DNA of 64,000 bases. Source: Ilumatobacter sp. (GTDB lineage: Bacteria; Actinomycetota; Acidimicrobiia; Acidimicrobiales; Ilumatobacteraceae). The stretch lies in assembly GCF_965215205.1 (NCBI RefSeq), contig NZ_OZ244049.1:2436955-2500954 (forward strand), in the 5' to 3' direction. A program made the position numbers and the translations under genes. Shown in pieces: positions 18,145 to 30,496 of this stretch; position 1 is the stretch's first letter; every line of letters starts with the position of its first letter. The notes under the pieces were generated by a model. It was not told the origin of the DNA, did not search any database, and saw nothing but the letters and a program-made list of their open reading frames with translations.

Positions 18145-19353
18145 TCAACGCTCGGCGACTTCCGACAGCGGCCGGTACAGGACGACCCGGACGATGTTCA
18201 GCGTGTCGAGGTTCGCGTTCAGCTGGACCTCGAGGAGCGGTCCCGCCACCCCGGGTCGGTCGGCCCGGTTGATCACCCGACCGACCGGGATGTTCGGAGG
18301 TGCCAGGCTCTCCGACCCACCGGCGGTCTCGACGAGGTCACCCTCCTCGAGCACGGCGAGCGACGGCGAGTCCTGCATGAAGCGGATCTGCGACGGGCGA
18401 CCCGCGCCGCGGCCCTCGAGCACGCCGAACTCCTTCTCCAGCGCGACGGGCTCGGGGACCACCGCGATCGTCGTCGTCGTGGTCGTCGACGTAGTGGTGT
18501 CGGCTCCGTCGGCCCCGGCACCGGTGGCGTCGGAGCCGACCGGCTCGTCGCCGGCGACCGTCGTCGTGGTGTTCGCCGGGTCGTCGGGGTCGCCGGACTG
18601 CGGCAGGCGGGGCTGGTCGCCGAACACGTCGAGCGGGGTGGTGCCCGTCGGTGGCGCCTCGGCTCCGGGGAGCGTCGTCGGGGAGGTGCTGGTGGTCGAC
18701 GTCGACCGCTCGATCACAGCGTCGACCTCCTCCGGGGTCAACCCGGACGGGACCGTCCCGTCGCCGGGGGTGGTCGCGGGGTCGTCGTCGCCGGTCCCCG
18801 CCAGGATCTCGACCGCCACCGAGTAGCGGGGGTCGGTGACCAGCATCACCTTCGCCGTCGTCGCGTTGACCTGGGTGATCTTGCCGATCAGGCCGGCCCC
18901 GTTGACGACCGGCATCCCAACCCGGATGCCCTGGTCGCTCCCCTTGTTGATCTCGACGATCTGGTCGAGGTTGTTCGTCGCCCCACCGATCACCTGGGTC
19001 TTGACGCTCTCGATGCCCGCGAGCGAGGGGAGCTCGTCGAGGTCGAGCAGCGCCAGGTAGTCGATGATCGCCGCCTCGGCCGCCGCCTCCGCGCCGAGCT
19101 GGCGGTCGATCTTCTCGCGCAGGATCCGGTTCTCGCGCTCGAGGTCGTCGTAGTTCGTGTAGGAGTTCCACGCCCGCTGGACCGGGTTGGTGACCACCCC
19201 GGTGGCGGTCTCGACCGGTGCCATGGCACGCGAGAACCCGTCGCGGATCGTGTCGAGCACGGGGTTGCCGCGCACGTCGAGCGTCAGCAGCAGCGCGGCG
19301 CTGAGCAGCAGCGCGATGACGACGCGACGACGGCCGACGGTGTAGATGGCCAT
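18145..19353 (-). CDS. mreC: Rod shape-determining protein MreC with Thr/Asp/Pro-rich insertion
   Basis: LERENRILRE, INKGSDQGIRVGMPVVNGAGLIGKI, PPNIPVGRV. Confidence 0.9.
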   Translation of the reverse strand: MAIYTVGRRRVVIALLLSAALLLTLDVRGNPVLDTIRDGFSRAMAPVETATGVVTNPVQRAWNSYTNYDDLERENRILREKIDRQLGAEAAAEAAIIDYLALLDLDELPSLAGIESVKTQVIGGATNNLDQIVEINKGSDQGIRVGMPVVNGAGLIGKITQVNATTAKVMLVTDPRYSVAVEILAGTGDDDPATTPGDGTVPSGLTPEEVDAVIERSTSTTSTSPTTLPGAEAPPTGTTPLDVFGDQPRLPQSGDPDDPANTTTTVAGDEPVGSDATGAGADGADTTTSTTTTTTIAVVPEPVALEKEFGVLEGRGAGRPSQIRFMQDSPSLAVLEEGDLVETAGGSESLAPPNIPVGRVINRADRPGVAGPLLEVQLNANLDTLNIVRVVLYRPLSEVAER

Positions 19354-19384
19354 GGTGTCGAGCGGATCCCGGAGCGCGGACCGC

Positions 19385-20419
19385 TCAGTCTTCGCCGCCC
19401 ATCGACATCAGCCCGCGCATCGCGTCGATGTTCTCGAGCGCACGGCCCGAGCCGATCACGACGCTGTAGAGCGGTTCGTTGTCGACCCGGATCGGCATCC
19501 CCGTCTCGTGCTTCAGCCGCTCGTCGAGGCCACCGATGAGGGCGCCGCCGCCGGTGATCGTGATGCCGTCCTCCATGATGTCGGCGGCGAGCTCCGGCGG
19601 GGTCTTGTCGAGCGTCGTCTTCACGGCGTCCACGATGGCAGAGATCGGCTCCGCGAGGGCTTCGCGCACGTGCTCGGTGGTGAGCTGGATCGTGCGCGGC
19701 AGTCCGGAGATCAGGTCGCGGCCGCGGATGTCGGCGGTGAGCTCCTCCTCCATCGGCCACGCGGAGCCCATCTGGATCTTGATCTCCTCGGCGGTGCGGT
19801 CGCCGATCGCGAGGGAGAACTCCTTCTTGACGTACTGCAGCACGGCGTCGTCGAGCTCGTCGCCGGCGACGCGCACGGACTGGGCGGTGACGATCCCCCC
19901 GAGCGAGATCACCGCGACCTCGGTGGTGCCTCCGCCGATGTCGACGATCATGTTGCCCGACGGCTCGTGGACGGGGAGGTCGGCACCGATCGCGGCGGCC
20001 ATCGGCTCCTCGATGATGTGCACCGGCTTGCGTGCGCCGGCGTACTCGGCGGCGTCCTGGACGGCACGCTGCTCGACGCCGGTGATCCCCGACGGGACGC
20101 AGATGACCATGCGCGGCTTCGACCACTTCGAGGCGTGCACCTTCTGGATGAAGTAGCGCAGCATCTTCTCGCACACCTCGAAGTCGGCGATGACGCCGTC
20201 CTTGAGGGGGCGGATCGCCTTGATGTGGTTGGGGGTGCGGCCCATCATCCGCTTCGCCTCGAGGCCGACGGCGACCGGTCGACCGTCGTTCACGTTGATC
20301 GCGACGACCGACGGCTCGTCGAGCACCACTCCCTGGCCCCGGACGTAGATGAGGGTGTTCGCGGTCCCGAGGTCGATGGCGAGGTCTCGCCCCAGGCTCA
20401 GTGGGTTGTTTCGGGCCAC
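19385..20419 (-). CDS. mreB: Rod shape-determining actin MreB
   Basis: DLAIDLGTANT, EEPMAAAIGA, VDIGGGTTEVAVISLGG, TGGGAL. Confidence 0.97.
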   Translation of the reverse strand: MARNNPLSLGRDLAIDLGTANTLIYVRGQGVVLDEPSVVAINVNDGRPVAVGLEAKRMMGRTPNHIKAIRPLKDGVIADFEVCEKMLRYFIQKVHASKWSKPRMVICVPSGITGVEQRAVQDAAEYAGARKPVHIIEEPMAAAIGADLPVHEPSGNMIVDIGGGTTEVAVISLGGIVTAQSVRVAGDELDDAVLQYVKKEFSLAIGDRTAEEIKIQMGSAWPMEEELTADIRGRDLISGLPRTIQLTTEHVREALAEPISAIVDAVKTTLDKTPPELAADIMEDGITITGGGALIGGLDERLKHETGMPIRVDNEPLYSVVIGSGRALENIDAMRGLMSMGGED

Positions 20420-20542
20420 GCTCCGGCCCTCCCTTCGAGAACTGCTTCGTTCGTGCGGGTCGGACACACCCGGGGTGCCTCGATCCGGCGGGGATCTGGA
20501 TGGACGGCGCGGCTCGGTGGTGCGCCGGCCGGCTGCCCGATG

Positions 20543-20953
20543 CTACAGATCCGGGAAGAAGATGCCGATCTCGCGCTGCGCGGACTCCGACGAGTCGCTG
20601 CCGTGGACGAGGTTCTCGGTGAACAGGATGCCGAGGTCTCCACGGATCGTCCCGGGCGCCGCGTCGCGGGGGTTCGTGGCGCCCATCATCGTGCGCACGA
20701 CCTGCCAGGTGTCCTCCGGTCCCTCGACGACCAAGGCCACCACCGGCCCGCGGCTCATGAACTCGACCAGCTCGTCGTAGAAGCCCTTGCCGACGTGCTC
20801 GGCGTAGTGCTCGGCGAGGGTGTCGGTGTCGAGCGTCCGCAGGTCCATCGCGACGACGTCGAGGTTCTTGGCCTCGAACCGACCGACGATCTCGCCGACG
20901 AGCTTGCGCTCCACGGCATCGGGCTTGAGCAGGACCAACGTGCGATCGGGCAT
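20543..20953 (-). CDS. ndk: Nucleoside diphosphate kinase
   Basis: [27 protein letters not shown]; TAGCTT 7 nt before the ATG. Confidence 0.97.
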   Translation of the reverse strand: MPDRTLVLLKPDAVERKLVGEIVGRFEAKNLDVVAMDLRTLDTDTLAEHYAEHVGKGFYDELVEFMSRGPVVALVVEGPEDTWQVVRTMMGATNPRDAAPGTIRGDLGILFTENLVHGSDSSESAQREIGIFFPDL

Positions 20954-21107
20954 GGGCTCGAAGCTACCGGTGCCGCTCGTTCGAACCTTCGTGCCCGGTG
21001 CCGTCCGTCCGGGGACCGCCGTCGGCGACGAGGCGCGCCCGCCCTCGCGGGCGACCACGTCGGGCGGGATCCTCCCCCTCCCCCGACCGGACCCGACGAC
21101 GTCGGTG

Positions 21108-22397
21108 TCAGTCGGAGCGCTCGGCGAGCACGGGGCGGGCGGCGCCGGCGGTGTACAGGCTGCCGGTGACGAGGACGGCGTCGTCGCCGTCGGCGTACTC
21201 GAGCGCCCGGCGGCACGCGGCCTCGACCGTGTCGAACGCGACCACGTGGTCGCAGTCCAGCTCGGCGGCCGCCTTCGCCATCTCGGCGGCGGGGACCCCG
21301 CGCGGCGTGGGCGCGGTCGCGACCAGCACGAGGTCGAACTCGTCCGCGCGCAGAGCCGAGAGCATCTGCAGCGGGTCGCGCAGCGTGGCGACCACGAGGA
21401 TCCGCCGACCGTCGGGGTGGAAGTCGTCGAAGAACACCTGCGAGCACACGTCGGCCCCGGCCGGGTTGTGCGCGCCGTCGACGATGACGAGGGGTTGGCG
21501 ACCCATGATCTCGAACCGGCCCGGGACCACGACCTCGCCGAACCCCTCGCCCACGACCTCCTCGGAGAGCGGCGAGGCGAAGAACGTCTCGACCGCCGCC
21601 AGCGCGAGCGCGGCGTTGTCGCCCTGGTGCGCGCCGTTGAGCGGGAGGAAGACGTCGGTGTAGATCGTGGTCGGCGTCCGCAGGTCGAGCAGCCGACCGT
21701 TCACGGCGAGAGCGTTGCTCGTCACGGCGAAGTCGTCCCCGCGCACCAACGTGGCCGCTCCCCCGGCGTCGCGGAAGATCCGGACCAGCTCGGGATCGGT
21801 CTCTCCGACGATCACCGCGGAGCCCGGCTTGACGATGCCGGCCTTCTCGCGGGCCACGTCGGCGAGGGTGGGCCCGGCGAACTCGTTGTGGTCCATGCCG
21901 ATGTTGGTCACCACCGCCACCTGCGCGTCGACCACGTTGGTCGCGTCCCAGCGACCGAGCAGACCGACCTCGACGACCATGACGTCGACGGCGACGTCGG
22001 CGAACCACCGGAAGGCGGCCGCGGTCAGGATCTCGAAGTACCCGGGGTCCTGGCCCACCAGCGGCGCGACCTCGGCCACCGCGCTGATCTGCTCGGCGAG
22101 CTCCTCCTCCGAGATCGCCTCCCCGTCACGCCGGAACCGCTCCGTCACCCGCTCCAGGTGGGGGCTGGTGTAGGTGCCGACCGTGAGCCCCTGGGCCATC
22201 AGCAGCCGCGAGATCATCTGGACCGTCGACCCCTTGCCGTTGGTCCCCGTGACGTGGACGACGGGGGCGGTGCGCTGGGGGTCGCCGAGCGCAGCGCAGA
22301 TCGCCGTGATCGGCTCGACGGACGGCGAGTCGATCCGGCCCGTCTTCTGGTACGACATGTGCTCGTCGAGGTACGCGAGCGCGTCGGCGAAGTCCAT
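21108..22397 (-). CDS. folC: Folylpolyglutamate synthase / dihydrofolate synthase
   Basis: [42 protein letters not shown]. Confidence 0.95.
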   Translation of the reverse strand: MDFADALAYLDEHMSYQKTGRIDSPSVEPITAICAALGDPQRTAPVVHVTGTNGKGSTVQMISRLLMAQGLTVGTYTSPHLERVTERFRRDGEAISEEELAEQISAVAEVAPLVGQDPGYFEILTAAAFRWFADVAVDVMVVEVGLLGRWDATNVVDAQVAVVTNIGMDHNEFAGPTLADVAREKAGIVKPGSAVIVGETDPELVRIFRDAGGAATLVRGDDFAVTSNALAVNGRLLDLRTPTTIYTDVFLPLNGAHQGDNAALALAAVETFFASPLSEEVVGEGFGEVVVPGRFEIMGRQPLVIVDGAHNPAGADVCSQVFFDDFHPDGRRILVVATLRDPLQMLSALRADEFDLVLVATAPTPRGVPAAEMAKAAAELDCDHVVAFDTVEAACRRALEYADGDDAVLVTGSLYTAGAARPVLAERSD

Positions 22398-22453
22398 CGG
22401 GTCGATCCTCGGGGTGGTGCGGGTGGTGCGGGACGGTGCGGTCGCGCCGACGC

Positions 22454-23734
<1,281 letters not shown>

Positions 23735-23839
23735 TGTCGATTCCCCTCACTTCCGTCTGTCGTACGTCGTCGGCGCGCCGCGCCACGAGGTCCCACATCA
23801 TGGTCCACGGCCTCCCCCTCGTCGGGGACCGGGGACCGA

Positions 23840-24472
23840 TCAGCGGATGGGACCGGCGCGGTCCACTGCCTCTCGGGTCGAGATCACCTGATCGATGATG
23901 CCATATTCCAGCGCCTCCTGCGCCTCCATCACGAAGTCGCGATCGGTGTCCTTGTTGATCCGCTCGATCGGCTGGCCGGTGTGCTCGGCGAGGATGCCGT
24001 CGAGGATCTCGCGCATGCGCATGATCTCCTTCGCGGCGAGCTCGAGATCGGTGACCTGCCCGTAGCCGACCTGGCCGGACGGCTGGTGGAGGAGGACACG
24101 GGCGTGGGGAAGGGCGAGGCGCTTGCCCTTGGTGCCCGCGGCGAGCAGCACGGCGGCGGCCGACGCGGCCTGCCCGAGGCAGATCGTCGCGATGTCGTTC
24201 TTGATGAACTGCATCGTGTCGTAGATCGCGAACAGCGCCGTGATGTCCCCCCCGGGGCTGTTGATGTAGATGTTGATGTCCTTGTCGGGGTTCTCCGACT
24301 CGAGGAAGATCATCTGCGCCGAGATCAGGCTCGCCACGGTGTCGTCGACCGGGGTCTGCAGGAAGATGATGTTCTCCTTGAGCAGCCGGCTGTAGAGGTC
24401 GTAGGCCCGCTCGCCGCGGCTCGTCTGTTCGACGACGTTGGGGACCATGTAGTTCTGCGCGTCGAGTTCCAT
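23840..24472 (-). CDS. clpP: ATP-dependent Clp protease proteolytic subunit
   Basis: [35 protein letters not shown]; start overlaps the tig stop (TGATG). Confidence 0.97.
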   Translation of the reverse strand: MELDAQNYMVPNVVEQTSRGERAYDLYSRLLKENIIFLQTPVDDTVASLISAQMIFLESENPDKDINIYINSPGGDITALFAIYDTMQFIKNDIATICLGQAASAAAVLLAAGTKGKRLALPHARVLLHQPSGQVGYGQVTDLELAAKEIMRMREILDGILAEHTGQPIERINKDTDRDFVMEAQEALEYGIIDQVISTREAVDRAGPIR

Positions 24473-25977
24473 CAGGCGTCGTCCTTGCTCTCGGTGTCGG
24501 TCGTGTCGGTGTCGGTGGTGCCGGTCGCGTCGGCGTCGGTCGCGTCGGCGTCGGTCGCATCGGCGTCGGTCGCATCGGCGGTGTCGGTCGGCTGGTCCGT
24601 GGCATCGCTCGGCGTGCCGGCCGGCTCGGATCCGTCGGAGTCGGGGTCGTGGTCGTGGTCGTGGTCGTCGCCGATCAACAGGTCGCGGTCGATCTCGGCG
24701 CCGTCGGGATCGACGTAGGAGGCGTGGTGCACCAGGTGGTCGAAGGCCCTCGCCTTGCGGATCTGCGACACGAGCTCGGGCACCGCGTCGTTCTCCTCGT
24801 AGGCACGACGCACGTCGCGCGCCTTGTGCCCATGCTGCATCGCCATGCGTGCGTACTCCGCCTCGAGCTCGTCGTCGCCGACCTCGATGCTCTCGGCGAC
24901 GGCGATCGCCCGCAGCGCGAGATCGACCTTGACCGCGATCTCGGACTGGCCGCGCATCGACTCGACGAACGACTCCGGATCCTGACCGGTGGCCTGCATC
25001 CACTGCTCGAAGTCGATCCCCTGCGCCTGGAACTGCTCGATGGTCCCCTGGACGCGCTGGTTGAGGTCGGACACGACGAGCGCCTCGGGGACCTCGATGT
25101 CGACCAGCGCGGCGAGCGCCTCGTTGATCCGCATCCCCGCCTGCTGCCGGGCCTCGCCGAGGCGCCGCTCGCGCAGCGACTCGCCCAGGAACTCGCTCCA
25201 CCCGTCGACGGTGTCGTGGTCGCCGATGTTCGCGTCCACCCACTCGTCGGTCAGCTCGGGCAGGTGGCGCTCCTGCACCATCTGGACCTCGACGGTGAAG
25301 TCGGCGGGGGCGTCGGTCTCCTTCGGGGTCGCCTCGAACTCGAGGACGTCGCCGGCGGAGGCACCGACGAGGCGCTCGTCGAAGTCGTCGGTGATCCACC
25401 CCTGGCCGATCTCGTACGACCAGTCCTCGGCGTTCAGCCCGACGACGTCCTCGCCGTCGCGCGTGGCGGACAGGTCGATCACCACGAAGTCACCAGAGGC
25501 CGCCGGGCGCTCGACGGGCTCGAGGGTCGCGTCGCGCACCAGCGCCGCCTGGCGCGCCTGCTCGACGTCGTCGTCGTCGACGGCCACCGCCGGGAGCTCG
25601 ACGCGCAGCTCGTCGTATCCCTCCACCGTGATCACGGGGCGGACCTGGCAGGTGGCGTCGAACTCGACGGGACCCGACTCCTCGCCGTCGGTGATCTCCA
25701 CCTCGGGCCGTGCGATCAGGTCGACGTCGTGCTCCTTCACGGCACGGGCGAGGTACTCGGGCACCGCGTCGCGCAGCGCCTGCTCGCGCGCGGGGCCGAT
25801 GCCGACGCGCGCCTCGAGGACCCGACGCGGCACCTTGCCGGCACGGAAGCCCGGGAGGTTGACCTCCTTCGCGATGGCCTTGAAGGCCCGGTCGATGTCC
25901 TTGTCGAACTCGGCCTCCTCGACCTCGACGTAGACCTTCACCTTGTTGTCCTCGAGGACTTCGACCGAACTCTTCAC
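24472..25977 (-). CDS. tig: Trigger factor with acidic repetitive C-terminal tail
   Basis: [14 protein letters not shown] signature, FKBP-like middle domain; TAGCGT 8 nt before the GTG. Confidence 0.95.
   Translation of the reverse strand: MKSSVEVLEDNKVKVYVEVEEAEFDKDIDRAFKAIAKEVNLPGFRAGKVPRRVLEARVGIGPAREQALRDAVPEYLARAVKEHDVDLIARPEVEITDGEESGPVEFDATCQVRPVITVEGYDELRVELPAVAVDDDDVEQARQAALVRDATLEPVERPAASGDFVVIDLSATRDGEDVVGLNAEDWSYEIGQGWITDDFDERLVGASAGDVLEFEATPKETDAPADFTVEVQMVQERHLPELTDEWVDANIGDHDTVDGWSEFLGESLRERRLGEARQQAGMRINEALAALVDIEVPEALVVSDLNQRVQGTIEQFQAQGIDFEQWMQATGQDPESFVESMRGQSEIAVKVDLALRAIAVAESIEVGDDELEAEYARMAMQHGHKARDVRRAYEENDAVPELVSQIRKARAFDHLVHHASYVDPDGAEIDRDLLIGDDHDHDHDPDSDGSEPAGTPSDATDQPTDTADATDADATDADATDADATGTTDTDTTDTESKDDA
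24523..24580. repeat. 15-bp tandem repeat (about 3.9 copies) encoding (DATDA)n in the tig tail
   Basis: ggtcgc(g/a)tcggcgtc repeated in tandem. Confidence 0.85.
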
Positions 25978-26083
25978 GGCCGAGCACGCTACCTGTTCCG
26001 ACGCGACGGCCCTCGGCCGCCGCGTCGACCGATCCGGCGCACGGATGTGCCCGCGCGCCGTGCGGATCGGGCAGACTCGGCGG

Positions 26084-26356
26084 ATGGAGTTCTGGAAGCC
26101 GCACAAGCTGGCGTCGCCGCACGAGGGTCAGATCTCGCTGAAGATGAACGACCGGGTGCGCAGCACGGCCGAGATCCACGGGGTGCCGGTGGGCACCGAG
26201 GGCAAGGTCATCCTGGCCAACGGCTTCAACTGGCAGAGGTACCGGGTGCTGTTCGACAACGGCGCCGAGGTCGGCGACTGCGACCACCGCAACATCGAGC
26301 CGATCGGTCGGACCGCGAAGCGGATCGCGAAGGCGGAGGCCAAAGCCAACCGCTGA
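26084..26356 (+). CDS. Small hypothetical protein, SH3-like beta barrel predicted
   Basis: MEFWKPHK...NDRVRSTAEIHGVPVGTEGKVILANGFNWQRYRVLFDNG; host-like codon usage. Confidence 0.75.
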   Translation: MEFWKPHKLASPHEGQISLKMNDRVRSTAEIHGVPVGTEGKVILANGFNWQRYRVLFDNGAEVGDCDHRNIEPIGRTAKRIAKAEAKANR

Positions 26357-26651
26357 CCGGCGACCCGGGAGGCCCGACGTGGGCGCGAGACGGCAGGGCT
26401 CGCATCACCTCGCGTCGCCGACGTCGCCGTCCCCACGTCACGTCGCCCACGTCACGGAGCGACGTGGTGCGGGCTTCGTGCTGTCGAGCTGGATGACACA
26501 TCACGCTCCGAGGGCTCGTCACCACTCTGCGGATTGATTAGTGTCTCGTGCGGTCGCCGTCGCCTCCGTCCCCCGCCGGGGCGGTCGCCGGCCGCGTGCG
26601 GCCGATCGATGCGCCGATGACGAGCTCCGCCCCCACCCCCCTGCCGCAGCC

Positions 26652-29339
26652 GTGAGCGAGCCGGCCGAATCGCTCGACGCGACCGACCCGTTCCGGGAGT
26701 CGGTCCCCCACGTGGTGGTCGTCGACGCCGAGATCGTCGAGGTCAGCGCCTCCGTCGCCGTCGAGATCGGCTGCGACCCGACGCCGCTCCTCGGTCCGCT
26801 CGCCGACATCGGCACGCGACTCGACGGCGCGAGCTACGGGGACCTGTGCGACGGCATCGCGCAGGTGCGGGTGCGGCTGAGCGGCGAGATGGACGATCGA
26901 CCGGTGCGCCTGCGCTCGCTCGACCGCGCCGACTCGACCTGCTGGATCGAGATCCGCTCGCTGGGGGACGTGTTCCGGCTCGAGTCGCTGCTGCGCCGCA
27001 GCGGGCTCGGCCACGCGCTCCTCTCCCCGAGCGGCGAGCTCGAGTGGTCGATGACCTCCGACGCGCTCGCCGAGGTGCTGCCCGGGGACGATCCGATGTC
27101 GTGGGTGGCGCTGATGGACCCCGACGACATGAGGGCGCTGCGCACCGCGATCCGCGAGGTCGGCGCCGACCCGACGGCCCGTCGCAGCGTCACCCACCGC
27201 CTCGAGGCGGATCGCACCCGCGTCGTCGTCGACGAGATCGAGTCCGCCGTCCACGATCCCGATCTGCGCGCGGTGGTCGTCCGCAGCCGTCTCGGCGACC
27301 CCACCGACCCCCCGACGGCGCGCAGCGGCGCGTCCGGCCGCCTCACCGTCTCGGACCACATGCCGATCGGGGTCGTCGTCGCGAGCGACACCGGGATCGT
27401 CCTGCACCGCAACGCCGTCGCCGCAGAGCTCGTGGGCACGGGGGTCGGCCAGCGGGTCGTCCCCGACGTCGCGGGAGGCCCGTGGCTCCTCTCCCGACTC
27501 GACTCGGCCGACACCGAGCGGTACCTCTCGGTCTTCGAGACCGCGACTCGGGGTCGACGCGCCCACTGCACGATCGCATCGCCCGTCGCCGACCATCGCT
27601 GGCTGCGGGTGTCGATCTCGCCGGCGGTCTCCTCGACGGTGGTGATCACGATCGAGGACACCACCGAGCTCGCCGAGGCGGAGCGCGCGCTGCGCGCGTC
27701 GAACCGGCTCCTCGAGGCGCTCGATTCGCGGTCCGAGGACCTCGTCGTCGTGTTCGACTCCCTCGGTCGGAGCCGGTACACGAGCTCGTCGGCGCGTGCG
27801 GGCGCGGACGACGGCTCCCGGGTCGACCACGTCGCCGACCTGACCTCGATGGCGCACCCCGACGACCGCGACGAGGTGACCGAGGTGATCGCGGACGTGC
27901 GGGCTCGTCCGTCGAGCACCGCCGAGGTGGCGTTCCGCGTGGTGCGCGGCGGCGACGACGCCGGGCGGTGGCACGCGGCGACGATCACCAACCACCTCGC
28001 CGACCCCGACGTGCGCGGCGTCGTGCTGATCGCCCGCGACGTCCACGAGCAGCGCCTCGCCGAGCTCGACCTGGTCTTCCGCGCGACCCACGACCCCTTG
28101 ACGACGCTGCCCGACCGCGCCGCCCTCCAGCGGCGCCTGGACGACGTCCTGGTCGAGGCCGAGCGGCACGGCTCCCGCACGGCGCTGATGTTCCTCGACG
28201 TCGACGACTTCAAGACGATCAACGACAGCGCAGGGCACGGGGTGGGCGACGCGGTGCTGCGCGAGGTCGCGGAGCGGCTGCGCTCGTGCCTGCGCGACTC
28301 CGACGTGGTCGGGCGCTTCGGCGGCGACGAGTTCGTGCTCGTCGCTCCCGGCGTCAGCGACGACACCCACGCCCTCGACCTCGCCGAGCGGGTGCTCGCC
28401 ACCGTCACGGGCTCGGTGCGCGCCGACGGCATCGAGATCGCCTTCGGGATCAGCCTCGGGGTCGCGGTGACGGGCGAGGGGTGCACGACCGCCGCCCAGC
28501 TCCTGCACCGGGCGGACGCGGCGATGTACCGGTCGAAGCTCGCCGGTCGCGGCCGGGTCACCCTCCACCGGCCCGAGCACGACGTCACCCACGTCGACAT
28601 CTCCCTGCGCTCCGACCTGGGTCGCGCCATCGACGCAGGAGCGCTGGACGTCCACTACCAGCCGATCGTGCCGCTGCGCGACGGCCTGGTCGGCGGGTTC
28701 GAGAGCCTCGCGCGCTGGGAGCACGCCGAGTACGGCCAGATCGACACCGAGCGGTTCCTCGCCGTGGCCGAGGTGGCCGGGCTGTCCCCCGAGCTCGGTG
28801 ACGAGATGGTCCGCCTCGTGTGCGTCGACGACCGGTCGTGGATGCTCGACGGGGAGTTCGTGTCGATCAACCTGTCGGTCTCCCAGGTGGGACGTGACGA
28901 CACCGCCGGCCGCCTGCTGGAGCGGCTCCGGGCCAGCGGCATCGACCCCTCCGAGGTGGTGGTCGAGCTGACCGAGGCCTCGTTCGGGCAGGGTCGGGTG
29001 GTGCGCGACGGTCTCGAGCGGTTCCGCGCCGCCGGCGTGCGGATCTTCCTCGACGACTTCGGGACCGGCTACTCCTCGCTGCGCCAGCTGCACCGGTTCC
29101 CGGTCGACGGCATCAAGATCGACGCGTCGGTCGTCGCGCCGTCGGTCGACGAGAGCCTGGTGCGCCTGATCGTCGGGGTGGCCACCACCCTCGACATCCG
29201 CACGATCGCCGAGGGGGTCGAGACCGAGCGGCAGCTGGAGACGGTCCGCCGGCTCGGGGTCGACTACGCGCAGGGGTACCTCCTCGGCCGCCCCCGGCGG
29301 GCTCCGCGGCGAGCGGACCCGCAGCAGCGGGGACCGTGA
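26652..29339 (+). CDS. PAS-GGDEF-EAL diguanylate cyclase/phosphodiesterase
   Basis: PAS (AHPDDR), HDPLTTLPDR, DVDDFKTINDSAGH, RFGGDEF, FESLARW, LDDFGTGYSS, IAEGVET; start uncertain (26541 or 26652). Confidence 0.9.
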   Translation: MSEPAESLDATDPFRESVPHVVVVDAEIVEVSASVAVEIGCDPTPLLGPLADIGTRLDGASYGDLCDGIAQVRVRLSGEMDDRPVRLRSLDRADSTCWIEIRSLGDVFRLESLLRRSGLGHALLSPSGELEWSMTSDALAEVLPGDDPMSWVALMDPDDMRALRTAIREVGADPTARRSVTHRLEADRTRVVVDEIESAVHDPDLRAVVVRSRLGDPTDPPTARSGASGRLTVSDHMPIGVVVASDTGIVLHRNAVAAELVGTGVGQRVVPDVAGGPWLLSRLDSADTERYLSVFETATRGRRAHCTIASPVADHRWLRVSISPAVSSTVVITIEDTTELAEAERALRASNRLLEALDSRSEDLVVVFDSLGRSRYTSSSARAGADDGSRVDHVADLTSMAHPDDRDEVTEVIADVRARPSSTAEVAFRVVRGGDDAGRWHAATITNHLADPDVRGVVLIARDVHEQRLAELDLVFRATHDPLTTLPDRAALQRRLDDVLVEAERHGSRTALMFLDVDDFKTINDSAGHGVGDAVLREVAERLRSCLRDSDVVGRFGGDEFVLVAPGVSDDTHALDLAERVLATVTGSVRADGIEIAFGISLGVAVTGEGCTTAAQLLHRADAAMYRSKLAGRGRVTLHRPEHDVTHVDISLRSDLGRAIDAGALDVHYQPIVPLRDGLVGGFESLARWEHAEYGQIDTERFLAVAEVAGLSPELGDEMVRLVCVDDRSWMLDGEFVSINLSVSQVGRDDTAGRLLERLRASGIDPSEVVVELTEASFGQGRVVRDGLERFRAAGVRIFLDDFGTGYSSLRQLHRFPVDGIKIDASVVAPSVDESLVRLIVGVATTLDIRTIAEGVETERQLETVRRLGVDYAQGYLLGRPRRAPRRADPQQRGP

Positions 29340-29396
29340 CGGAGCGCCCCACCGCCGAGTCGCTCGCGACCGTCGACCTCGACGCGCCGCGCCACG

Positions 29397-29590
29397 TCAG
29401 CGACCCGCCGCCGCCTCGCCGAGCGCGCGGCGCACCATCCGCTCGAGGTGGCCACGGCCGGTGACCGCGAGCAGGCGGGCGGCCAGATCGGCGTGCGACC
29501 TGGGTGATCCACGGGTCGCGGACCATCGGGTCCTCGATCGCGACGATCGGCTCGACCGTCTCCTCGTCGATCGGGAGCCATCCGGGTGCC
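29397..29590 (-). pseudogene. Frameshifted gene remnant
   Basis: DEETVEPIVAIEDPMVRDPWITQ, then one extra G, then SHADLAARLLAVTG in the next frame; no clear start or full-length ORF. Confidence 0.35.
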
Positions 29591-29815
29591 CGCGGCCGCT
29601 CGCCGCCCCGCTCGGCTCGGGGCGGACCGGGTGGGCGCCGGCCGACGGCGCCGCCCGGCACCGAGAGGTCGCGTCGGCGCGTCGTTTCGTCGACCGTCCG
29701 CCGGGTACGTCCGGCACCGACGACGACCCCAGGAGGATCACGTGACGTTCCACGACACCGCCGAGCACCGCACCGCGGGGTGCGGCCACCCGCGACCGAG
29801 CACGCCGGTCGCGTC

Positions 29816-30496
29816 GTGATCGTCTCGATCGTCGGCGCTCACGGCCAGATCGCCCGTCTGCTCACCGCGAAGCTCGCGGCACGCGGCCACTCGGTGCGCG
29901 GCCTCGTCCGCTCGGAGGACCAGTTCGACGACCTGCGATCCGATGGCGCCGAGCCGGTCCTGTGCGACGTCGAGGCCGCCGGTCAGGACGCGGACGACGG
30001 GCCCGACGAGATCGACCGAGCCCTCGACGGGAGCGACATCGTCGTCTTCGCGGCCGGTTCCGGACCGGGGAGCGGGGCCGAGCGCAAGCAGACGATGGAT
30101 CGCGACGGTGCGATCGCCTCGCTGCGCTCCGCGGTGCGCGTCGGCGCCGACCGCTTCGTGATGATCAGCGCGATGGGTGCCGACGACCCGCCGCTCGGCG
30201 TGCGCGGCGACGACGACGACGTCTTCGACGTGTACCTGCGGGCGAAGGCGGCCGCCGACGACGCCGTCCGGGAGGCGGAGATCGCGGAGACGATCGTGCG
30301 GCCGGGACGGCTGACCGACGACGAACCCGCCGGGTCGGTCGAGCTCGGGACGTCGGTCGGGCGAGGCGAGATCCCGCGCGCCGACGTCGCCGAGGTCGTC
30401 GCCCAGCTCGTCGAGACGGGTCGCGGTCGCGGAGCGACCTTCGAGCTCGTCGGCGGCGCGCTGCCGATCGTCGACGCGATCCTCACCCTCGAGTAG
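29816..30496 (+). CDS. NAD(P)-binding atypical SDR family oxidoreductase
   Basis: IVGAHGQIAR, VFAAGSG, RFVMISAMGA, YLRAK, IVRPGRLTD, IPRADVA. Confidence 0.88.
   Translation: MIVSIVGAHGQIARLLTAKLAARGHSVRGLVRSEDQFDDLRSDGAEPVLCDVEAAGQDADDGPDEIDRALDGSDIVVFAAGSGPGSGAERKQTMDRDGAIASLRSAVRVGADRFVMISAMGADDPPLGVRGDDDDVFDVYLRAKAAADDAVREAEIAETIVRPGRLTDDEPAGSVELGTSVGRGEIPRADVAEVVAQLVETGRGRGATFELVGGALPIVDAILTLE

Noticed and set aside
14094-18272. 1392-aa plus-strand ORF, and many other long ORFs such as 3972-6743, 8506-10659, 11822-13984, 20820-23180, 26538-29093 and 39298-42144
   Set aside because: Antisense or alternate-frame shadows of clear genes, expected in ~70% GC DNA; no recognisable motifs.
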